Of a stretch of DNA of 45,665 nucleotides, positions 12,601 through 24,600 are shown piece after piece. The position numbers were made by a program, and so were the translations under genes. Numbering within the stretch: the stretch's first letter is position 1; every line of letters starts with the position of its first letter. The notes under the pieces were generated by a model. It saw only the letters and a program-made list of their open reading frames with translations, was not told the DNA's origin and made no database searches. The DNA is from Octopus bimaculoides (taxonomy: Eukaryota): NCBI RefSeq assembly GCF_001194135.2, contig NC_068987.1, positions 48,393,134-48,438,798 of the forward strand, in the 5' to 3' direction.

Positions 12601-15600
12601 CATAAGTTTGTTCAATTGGGGCTAATCTGGGGTTGGTCAACAACAACCAACATGTAAATAGTTATCACAGATCTTGTCAATTGGTACAGTTGACAAACAA
12701 TAATAAAAGTATTATTAGCCAAAAACAAAGAGAGAATGTAAATATAAACGTTTTCAGTCCAACTTGTTACAGACGAGTTTTCACACTACAATCATCATCA
12801 TTTAATGCCTATATTCCATGCTGGCATGGGTTGGATGGTCTGATGGGTTGGAGAACTGCATTGTGCTCTAGTGTCTGCTTTTGCATGGTTTCTGCAACTG
12901 GATCTCTTACTAATGCTAACCCATTTACAGCATGTACTAGGTTCTTTGTGGCACCAGCACTAGTGAGGTCAGCATGCTGGCTATAAGATATAGATTCTCT
13001 TCAACTGACTAGAGACTCAGTAGAGAGGGAGGCTGCTTTATGCTGGGAGACGAGGAGTTAACATATAAAAAATAATGTCAAGAACAGAATGGATTTCTTA
13101 CTGTAGAAGAGCCCTATGGCCACTCACCTTAAAGTAGAGTGGGAGTGGCTGGGGTGGTGAAGAGTAGCAGAATAGTAAAAATGATAGTAGACAGAGGAAG
13201 GATGAGAGAACATGAGAGAAAGAGAAACAATATGTGGTTGGGTAGGTTACAAAGAGTGTAAGAGAGGTGAGGCAAAGGTGGTGCATGAGGAAAGCATAAG
13301 ACGTAAGGTGATGGAAGAGGAGTTATTTAAAAGATTATGGATTTCTGTATATTTCTATATTCTATTTGTGCTAGAATATTTTATCTGATGGATTTCTTTA
13401 CGTAGAGAGTAAGAAATGACGAAAGATATAAAAAGAAAAATGTACCAAATTCTTCTTCAGGTAGACGGACAAATTTCTTTCCTTCTAACACAAAAGATTC
13501 CATTTGATCAAGGTCTTCATTCCACTCTTGAGATAATTGTTCCTTGTGAAAAATAGATGAAAGCAAATAGGTTTCATAAATGAAAATGATAATCACTGAC
13601 TTAGGCAGACTGTAAAGTATTAGATATTTATAAGAGAGGAAAATGAGATGTTTCAATGCTCATAGTTAAAACTGACTAATTGCTTATTAAAGAAATAAAA
13701 TAATAATTGGAATTAAGAACTGATGTGGTGTGGTTATTGGACATGATTCTTTATCATAATCATCCACGTCATTAAGTTTGTTTTCCATACTAGCATGGGT
13801 TAGACAGGTTTACATCTCTTCTCCATGTGGTATGCAATGGACTTGGCATATTTCCATATCTTAATGCCATGCAAACATGTCTATAACACTCAGCATTTTC
13901 AGTATTGACCTCAATTCTTCTTTGCAGGTCAATCTTTATGAAAGTATCATCATCATCATCATCGTTTAATGTCTACTTTCCATGCTAGCATGGGTTGGAC
14001 AGTTTGACTGAGGGCTGGCCAGCCAGAAGGCTGCACCAGTCTCCAGTCTGATCTGGCAAAGTTTCTACAGCTGGATGCTTTTCCTAATGCCAACTACACC
14101 GAGAGTGTAGTGGGTGCTTTTTACATGCCACCAGCACAAGGGCCAGTCAGGCAGTACTGGCATCGGCCATGCTCAAATGGTGCTTTTTACATGCCACCTG
14201 CACAGGAGACAGTCCGGCGGCAATGGCAATGACCACGCTCAAATGGTGTTTTTTTTTTTTTTTACATGCCACCGGCATGGGAGCCTGTCAGTGGCCCTGG
14301 CAATGATCACACTCGAACGGTGCTTTTATTGTTCCACTGGCATGGATGCCAATCAGGCTGTACTGTCATCAGCCACGACAGTGATTTCATATTCCTCAAC
14401 AGGTCTTTGCAAGCATAGTTTATTGTCCAATAATTGAAGGGTACTCTTAAATGGGCTGGTTATATAGCACTGGCATAGGCCACGGTTATGGTCTCTGTTG
14501 GCTTGCCGGGTCTTCTCAAGCACAGCATATCTCCAAAGGTCTCAGTCACTTGTCATTGCCTCGGTGAAGCCCAATTGTCGAAGGTCATGCTTCACCACCC
14601 AGGTCTTCCAAGGTCTACCTCTTCCACAGGATCCCTCAACTGCTAGGGTGTGACACTTTTTCACACAGCTGTCTTCATCTATTCACAACACATGACCATA
14701 CCAGCACAGTTATCTCTCTTGCACACCACATCTGATAATTCTTATGTCCAACTTTTCTCTCAGGGCGCTTCCACTCTGTCATGTATGCTCACTGACATTA
14801 CACATCCAGCGGAGCATACTGGCTTCATTCCTTGCAAGCTTACGCATGTCCTCAGCAGCGACGGCCCATGTTTCACTGTCCTGTAGCATAGCTGTTCGCA
14901 CACGTATCATAGAGTCTACCTTTTACTCTGAGTGAGAGGCCCTTTGTCACCAGCAGAGGTAAGAGCTCTTTGAACTTTGCCCAGGCTATCCTTACTCTAG
15001 CAGCTACACTTTCAGAGCATCCACCCCTGCTACTGACCTGGTCACCTGGGTAATGAAAGCTATCAACTACTTGTAGATTTTCCCCACTGGACTGTGACGG
15101 AAGCTGTTCTCTGCACATTTTCAGTGTTTATTGCTCCACCTCTTATGTGTCCATAGCTTACACTGGGTACATCTTATGGAGTTTCTACCTACGCCTTTTC
15201 GACAGATCGAGCAGGGCCATCTACCTGAAGGGATTTGTGGTTTGTCTGCCTTCCTACTTATTAAGACTTTGGTTTTGCTAGGTTGACTCTAAGGCCCTTG
15301 ATTCTAATCCTTGCTTCCACACCTGAAACTTCTCTAGTTCTCATAGTGACTCAGCAATTAGTGCAAGTTCATCACCATAGAGAAGCTCCCAGGGGCATCC
15401 TGTCTTGAATTCCTTTGTTATTGTCTGGAGGACTATGATGAATAAGAGGGGGCTAAGGACTGATCTTCGGTGGACCCCTACCCTTACCTGGAATTCTTCA
15501 CTGTACTCATTGCCAACCCTCACCTTATTGACAGCATCCCTGTACATGGCTTGTACAGCTTTCACTAACAATTCATCTATCCCTAGTTTCTTCATTGACC

Positions 15601-18600
15601 ACCAGATAAAAGATCAGGGGACCCTGTCAAAGGCTTTCTCTATGTCAACAAAAGCCAGGTACAAAGGTTTATCTTTGGCTAGGTATTTCTCCTGCTGCTG
15701 TCTTACCAGAAATACAGCATCAGTGGTGCTTTTCCCTGGCACAAACACAAACTGCATCTCATCTAGACTGACTCTCTCTCTAATTAGTTGGGCTATGACC
15801 CTCTCCGTGACTCTCATTACTTGATCCAACAACCTGATACCTCTGTAATTATTTGTATCTAATGCATCACCTTTACCTTTGTAGCAGTTGACTATGGTGC
15901 TGCTACACCAGTCATTGGGTATGACTATATGGCTAACTAGACTATAGCCAACACCACCAGATACTTTAAGCATCTCTGCGGTGATTTTTGATGGGCTGGG
16001 GGCTTTCCCTGTCTTCATACCCATAATTGCTTTATCTACCAAGGTACTGTCAATTTGGATAGCTAGTCCCTCTGTTGGGTCGACTTTCAGCAAATTCTCT
16101 TTCTCCCATTCATTATATTTGAGCGATAATTCGAATATAATTATTTACAATATGTATTTTGAATCCACTTTTCAATTTAAGGTCTTCTTTGATGTTTTAA
16201 AAATAGGATGAATCTATATTGAATTCATTTGTTTTGTTTATTTTGTTCATTGCATACCTAAGACCGTTATTTGAAACGACCAATGAAACAGATCCATGTT
16301 TTTTTAATTTATATTAGTTTTGATTGCATTGTCATTTCCCTCCCATTTTTAACAAAACTGTCCGATGAACGGGAACGTGAAACTCTGAGTAACAGCTTTT
16401 TGTTATATTTCTGCTGCTTTTAAATAAAGCATATATCTATATATATATATATATATATGAACAAAATGCAGCATATCAGGTATTGAAGCCATCTTCATCA
16501 AAATACACTGTAGATGGTCAAGTCATCTCTCACATATGATTGTATCAGAATTCTGAAGCAACTTCTCTTTGGCCAATTCTTAACAGGAAGATCAGTTGGA
16601 AGGCCATTCTTGCACTTCAAAGACAATCTGAAGTGATGCAACATTCCCTTTACTTCCTGGGAAAACAAAGCATCAGAATGCAGGATCTGGTGCAAGTCCT
16701 GCTTCTCCTCAGTTCAAAGATTTGAGCAAAGTCGACTCCAACATCAGGACCAACTTCGTGCAGCATGAAGGCACACTGGTAAAATGCTGCTCCTCTAAAT
16801 GGAAACCTTACCTGTCATTGTGGTTTTGTGGCACAAGGCAAAGCAGGTCTTGCAGTCCACTCAAGAAGACACATAGTAAATGATTTACAAGCACTCAAGC
16901 AAACTGAATCCTCAACTTGTTCCATTTGCCAAAAGGTTTGAAGGCACCAGCAGACCTCAAGAGATACCCTCATTTGCCATTCACAACAAGAGAATCCATC
17001 ATGTATATACATATATCTATGCATGTATGTGTGTGTCACTGTATTGACAAGATTATTGGATGTTGTTATACACCACAGACCATGCACTTCACATTATTGT
17101 AGTCTTCGAATAATATCACTTCGGATAGAATTAAATGAGGAGATGTGAATGGGTTTCTGTTATTTAATAAGTTTACAAAAAGAAAATTTTGTGAGTTTTT
17201 AAAGACAAAATTTGTTTACAAAATTTCAAACAAGTAACCATATCTGGTACAAATTATAAAATCATAATTCATAAAAATAAATTCAAAATTTTCTGTCAGT
17301 GATATAATATTTTGTCAAGAAGAGAAATAATGACTGACTGGTATGTAAAATGCAATTTCAATTGAACTAGTTTTATTGTACAATTTGTGAAAATAGGTTT
17401 CCTTGCTTTCTTCAAGGTACTAAAAACTATAAAAAAAAAGAAGAGTGGGGGGGAATGCTAAGAGAACTAATATTAGAATACTTACTGCTTCTTCAAGTGA
17501 CATAGCAGGTTGTCGTGGAATAAACAGAGCAGATAAATCTGTTTTAATTTTGTCTCTTTCCATTATCACCTGAAAGAAATATAAATTCATGAAAGATGAA
17601 TTCAGATACCTTTAACTAAACAGTGCTTGTAGAAAACTTTGGATTAAATATTACAACATTTGGTTTTAATGAGACTCAGGGTTGACTTTGGAAAAGAGTG
17701 TCTTGCCTTGGGACCTCAACTCTTAATGAAGTCAATGGCATATAGCATGACTAGGGCACTTTCAGACCTGGAAGAGCTGATTCCTCTCTAAGTTTGACTA
17801 CAAGAACACAGAGATCCAGAACAATTACTGCAAAGCAATTTATTTGATGCTCAAATGATTGTCATAAAACTTTGGAAAAATTAATTGAATCTTCATCACA
17901 TAAATGACTAACTTCTCAGGTACAATGAGAACTCAGCTAATACTGAGCAAATTTATGATCATTCTACCTCTTTAAGGGTACCCAGGAATACATTATCCAA
18001 TGTATCTTTCCTTTTTCTTAATAGTAGGGTCTGATGTGAAGGATATTAGGGTGTTACATTAAGTAGTGAAGGCATGTAATGTGATTTCAATTCCTAGACT
18101 GGGCAGTGCATTGTATTCTTGAGCAAGACACATCATTTCACATTGCTTTGTGATCACTTCAACATCTGATATGTGGCACACTGTGCACCTGTACAGGCAA
18201 TGTAGATTTGATGGAAGGAAAATGAAGCCAGTATTCTCCGATGGATGTGTAATGTCAGTGTGCATACTCGACAGTGTAAGTAATATGCAGTGCATGAGAA
18301 GACTCGGCAAACCAAGTGAGACTATAATGCGTGGTCTCTGCCAGGGGTGTAGCCAGCTCACTTATTCATACCTTAACTTCATCGGACACTAAACTCTGCT
18401 AGCGAAGACCTGTTGAGGCAATCGAAATTGAAATTGTAATTGAACCAAATTCAATGACTGGCACCTGTGCCAGTGGAGCACTAACAGCACCGTCCGAGCG
18501 TGATCATTGCCAGAGCAGCTGTCTGGCTNNNNNNNNNNGCACCGTCCGAGCGTGATCATTGCCAGAGCAGCTGTCTGGCTTCCATGCCAGTGGCATGTAA

Positions 18601-21600
18601 ATAGCACCATTTGAGCATGATCGTTACCAGCATTGCCTTACAGGCACTTGTGCCAGTGGCACGTGAAAAAAAAGATTTGAGCGAGATGGTTGCCAGTGCC
18701 GTTGGACTGGCTCCTGTGCAGGTGGCACGTAAAAAACACCATTTTAAGTGTGGTGGCTGGCCCTCATGCTGGTGGCATGTAAAAGCACCCACTACACTCT
18801 CGGAGTGGGTGGCATTAGGTAGGGCAACCAGCTGTAGAAACTCTGCCTGATCAGATTGGAGCCTGGTGCAGCCATCCAGTTCGCCAGTCCTCAGTTAAAT
18901 CGTCCAACCCATGCTAGCATGGAAAGCGGATGTTAAACGATGACATTTGATCACTATAAATAAATCATCTGTACAGTTTGTTCAGCAAGAATTTGTAGAA
19001 CACTCACTTTTCATTTACAAGGGGAGAGTCCACAATATCTAACAGATTAAGGTGATAACATAGGGGCTCTTTTGTTGGCACGAGGAGGAGGGACATAAGA
19101 TTTCATGCCTGATGGAAACATATTTTAAAAGGTTTCCCTTAGGTCATCTCTTTTATCAATGAAAATCTTTTAATAAAATCAGTTAAATGGTTATAATTAG
19201 AAATCAAAATTTTGGTATCAGACAGGTTCTACCTACAGTACGATAACTTCTATTTTGTGTATAAATTTTTCTTTAATACTTCTTGCAGATTTCACTTCAT
19301 CACGATCATTATCAGCATCATCATTTAACAGACATTTTCCATGCTGGCATGGGTTGGACGGTAAGCTGGGTTTCAATCTGATTTGGCATGGTTTCTACAG
19401 CTGAATGCCCTTCCTAATGCCAACCATCCAAGAGTGTAGTGGGTGCTTTTTACATGCAACCAACACAGGTGCCAGTTACAAAACACTGGTATCGAACACA
19501 ACTATGATTTCACTTGGCTTGACAGGTCTTCTCCAGCATGGTATATTACCAAAGGTCTCGGTTATTTGTCATTGCCTCCATGAGGCCCAAAGTTTGAAAG
19601 GTGCTTTTTACGTGCCAGTTATGCAACACTGGTATCGGTCACGACTATGATTCGACTTGGCTTGACAGGTCTTCACAGCTTATCGCCCAACATTTGAAGT
19701 GTGCTTTTTACATGCCACCAGCATGAGTGATAATTATACAACACTGACATCAGCCACACTATGATTTCACTTGATTTGATGGGTCTTCTCAAGCACAGCG
19801 TATCGCCAAAGGTCTTGGTCATTTGTCATTGTCTCGGAGACCTTTGGCGATATGCCGTGTTTGAGAAGACCTGTCAAGCCAAGTGACATCATAGTTGTGG
19901 CCGATACCAGTGTTGTGTACCTGGCACATAAAGGCACCCATCATTATCATGTAGCATATGTCATTCATGTTGATGTAGGTTGGACAGTTTGACAGTAACC
20001 AATGAGCCAGTGGACTGCACTGAACTGCAGTGTCTGCTTTTGCATGTTTTCTTCAGTTGGATGACTTTCCTAACACCAATCATTTTACTAAGTGGTGCTC
20101 AGCCACTTGCATGATACTTCCATGAGCCCAGCTGTTCTGTTGATCAATTAATTTTACAGAGTGTACTGGGTGCTTTTTTTGTGACACTAGCACAAGTAAG
20201 GTTACCAAATAACTTGTAAGAGAAAATCCCCTCAGCTGAGTTGAGGTGTAGGGAGGTGGTTTTGTGCCAGATGTTGAGAGGTTGAAGTATAATAGGACAA
20301 GAACAGGTGTCTTGCTAGGGAGGAAATACATGGCTTCCCTAGCTGGAAAGAGAAGAAAGAACTGGTGAGGGCACAACCTCAAGGTACAAGGTGAATATAA
20401 GAGAAAGAATAGGGCTTGAGAATCAAAAAGGGTGGGTGGGTAGGTGACTTTCCAATAATGTAAAAGAGGGTGACAGATAATTAGAGAAGTGGATAGACAC
20501 AGTAAATAGGGCACACAGGTACAGGCATGGTCAATAGTGACTAATAATTTCAAAATCTGAGTTGGAAAATTTAATCTGACTGTAAGTCTTTACCTTCATA
20601 TCTGCACCTCTCCTAATGACTGATTCTGCAGACCTGGTATAGTCAACAGCAATGATGTCATCCCAACCAACAAATTTGGTTTTAAAAATCTGTAGTTCAG
20701 TTCTGAAAACAATTCAAAAGAATGAATTTATTACAACAGTAATGATATACAGGAAAGTCTTTATGTTTCAATATCATCATCACTGCTGTTACATGCTAAA
20801 TGGTTAAAATAGATATAAAGAAAAATTATCAATCTTTAAAAGATTTTTTTTTACCAATATCATACTAAGATTTTCGTAAATCAGGAAAGGATAATGTATT
20901 AATAATTAATTAGTCATAAAGTTTCTGCTTAGCTCCTCACAATCTAGAGCAATCCAAAATTCAAGATATTGAAACTGAGTTTATTATTTTGAATATTTCA
21001 TCAATTCAGTTATTTTCATATTTTAAAGAAACTTAAAGGAAAAAATTGAGGATGGTGATTTCCTTCCGGTTAATGGCACACAGAAGAACATTGTACAAGA
21101 CAAAGAATGAGAGGAAAATACATATTTAGTGAACTGGATCCAACAGTGCTGAAGTTAAAAAAAAAGTACATTATTTACATATGGCATAGTGGTTAAGAGC
21201 GTGGGCTACTAACCCCAAGATTCTGAGTTCAATTCCAACAAAACATCGAAAAATACCTTGGGAATGAGAACCCAGGTTTGGAATTTCTCCAAGACACCTG
21301 ACGGTCTTTGAATTTATTAAAAGTACACTTAATTGGAAGAACATTGATATATTTGCTTCAATAATAAATGCCTGTCAGGCTAATATGCAATACTTACAGA
21401 ACACAATGGCCCATGAAGCAGTATATTCGGTTAAATTTATTGTAGTAGGCTGATGCCCTATTGATAGAGTTAGCTGAAACTTTCACAACATCAGTGACAA
21501 AATTTAATTTGTGAACTTTTGAGACAGTAATAAGGCACATTAATCACTATGTCACCACACCATTAGAAATATTGCTTTGAGTTTTGAACTACCATATCTG

Positions 21601-24600
21601 AAATCTTAGTTATAAGCATCAGTAAATATCTATAAATTAAGTAAATATTTATAGATTAAGCCATTATATTTAAGAGGGGAAAGTTTTTTAAAATGTCCAG
21701 ATTATGACAATTCAAAAACCAGAACAATGTGCAACAGGGACAAACTGTTAACTTACCCTTCAAGACATCTTGTGACAGTCACAAAAGAAGGCCGTTTCAG
21801 CATACCGCAGACTTCTTGAGATAATTTCAAAGCTGCAGCACGAACAAGCCGAGTTGATTTCTTTCCTATCCTGTTAGTTAAGAAAAGTAGCAAGGAAATC
21901 CATTAAGTTATAATTCAGTATACATCAACATTAAATAAAATATGCCAGCTGTAAACTAAGGTTAATTCTTTTTTCATGTAATACTTACCAGACAAATAAG
22001 TCTGTATTACAATCCAAGATATATACACATTTTGTATCAAGTAGCTTCTGTTCTAGTCGACCATGATGAACTTCAACTGAAATAACAATGATGAATTGAA
22101 GAAGAAAGAAAAAAAATGTTTAAAAAGAATAAACAAAATTAAAGATAGTTAAATAAAAAGCTTTTTAAAAATATTTTAAAACACCTTTATCTTGTTCCTG
22201 TAACAATGATACAAATTATTGGTGTATTAATTTAAACAAGCCTTGAATAATATTACTGAAAGTAATTTTATTTTTTTCACAGGAGTGACTTCAGGAGCAA
22301 GTTGAGGTCAGTACTATAAAGTAATAAACTGTTAACACAGTGGTGACATGTATGCCTGTAGGGACCCTACTTACAACTAGGTAGCTATTATGCAGACCAT
22401 CACTCTTTCAGATGGACTTTCTAAATCTCATCTCAGCAGATGAGTTACTAGAGGTGGAATTAATACCTCAGTAATTTATTGATTAAAAGGAAATGTATGC
22501 AACCTAATGTATGATACATCACATTTATACCAAACTCTGAAACTAAAGTTTTAATTTTAGAAATAATACATTTCTAAATCTCTCAGAGAGATTTATGCAG
22601 TAGTGATACGATGAAGTAGTTGTATGCTGTCAACTTAATGTGACAGTCCCCTGAAGGGAATAATACTACTGTTGGTTAGACCTAGGAAGCTGCACCGCTT
22701 CCTGTCGGCCTTGACACATTTCCTGTGTCCTTATGTTTACAAGGGGGAGACAAGCACCTCCACCCAGCTAAGCCTGCATCCTTCCTTTTGGTACACTAAC
22801 ATATGACAACATGTGAGGGATTTGTATGGTTTAATGTCAGCAGGAAGTCAAAGACATCAAAACATTGTAACCAAATTTTCTAGATTTTTCTTCCTCATAA
22901 CTTTTACCTGTTTGGGAAGGCTTATATATTTACTTATTCAATACTGCAATCAGTAAACAATTTTCCAACAGATTACTGGATCATTACATTAGTTTCAAGA
23001 CAGTGAGTGTAACATGGTACAAAGGACTTTGTTGGAATAGGACTTGCTTTTTACCAAAACTTATCTTTCACTGACACACATAAATGAAAGACACACATAC
23101 ACATGTGCGCGCACATGCATGCATGCGCACACACACAAAATGGCTTTCTCGCTGTTTCCATCTATCAAATTCCACTCAAAGGTTATTGGCTAAGTCAAGG
23201 AAACATGCAGTGGGATTAAACCCACAACTACATGATTGTAAAACAAACTTTTTAAGCACACAGCCATGCTTGCACTTTAATCCTTTCGTTACCAACCCGG
23301 CTGAAACTGGCTCTGGCTCTGAGTACAAATGTCTTGTTTTCATAAGTTTTGAATTAAAATCTTCCACCAAACCTTAGTCACAATTTATGTTCCTAGCACT
23401 AGCTGAATGATAACTAAGTTATTTTGCTAAATTCTTTGTTATATTTAAAGTAATTGAAAGAAACACAGAGCATCTCAAAATAAATACAGTAACAAAAGGG
23501 TTAAAATGATTATAATCATAAGAAGATTGGTGATACATGGCTGTGAAATCTAAGATAGTGAATTCTTGATAGTAAGCGGTATTGCTTGCAAATGTAAAGT
23601 CTAATTAATAATTTCACTTTTAGAGATAATGAAATGTATTAATATTGTTTTCATCTCTAAAAATAAGGTTTACAGTCTGAAAAAGAATAATCTTCATGAA
23701 TAATATCAATAATATTGCTTAACATACAGGTGAACTAACTATCAATAATATTAGTAGTCTCATTAATACTGGTTCACATGCTATCAGCAATAATTGCAAA
23801 ACTGCAGCTTAATGTGTTCAGAAAAGTGATAAGCTTTTATTAATAGGATTATAAATACTGTAGTGTGTGAATGGAAATTAAATAGATTGATTAACAAACA
23901 ATAAATAAGTAGAGATGTTACCTTGTGGTAGTTCTAGGTAACCTCTTCCAAGTCCCACACGATACAAACGAGGCTGGTGGGGTTCAAAATCAATTGGCAC
24001 ATGTTCCTGGAATTTAAATTTAAACATTATAACTCACATAGCAGAAATACATTCATCATCATCATTGTTTTAGTGGCTACTTTTCCATGCTTGCATGGAT
24101 CAGTTGATACTCCACTGGAAGAAAGTTTCCATGGTTGGATGCCCTTCGTGACACCAACCCTCATCTGTTTCCTAACAAAGTAATAATCTTCCAGTTTTTT
24201 TACTGAACAACATATAGCTTGGACATGGTTATGTTGAAAATTGGAAATAAATGATACCATTTGAATGAGACTTTTGTTTATAACCAGCAAACAACCATGA
24301 AGACAAAGGGCAATATAAACTCACTCACAGAGTTCTACCTGACGTGTTTTTTTCTTTCTTTTTGTGTCTATTATCATTGATAACCTTGAAGATGATTGAA
24401 TGGATGATGTACTAAGCTAGGCTTGTGCCAACTCTTTTAGCAAGAGAAGCTTCTGGAGGATCTAGAGCAATGGTTCTCAAACAAGGTCCATATAAAATTC
24501 TTCAGGGGCCTACATAAGAATATAGTAAATGGTGTCCATATTATTTTAAGGGTCACTTAAATCTTAATTTAGGTGTACTTATTGCAAGAAGCAGCCAAAT

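Noticed and set aside
20080-20553. 157-aa ORF, and likewise 43422-43947 and 13098-13286
   Set aside because: Low-complexity L/S/P/H-rich translations of pyrimidine-rich repeat cores with no domain features.
21181-21240. tRNA gene
   Set aside because: A and B boxes are present, but there is no acceptor-stem pairing and it continues into SINE body sequence.
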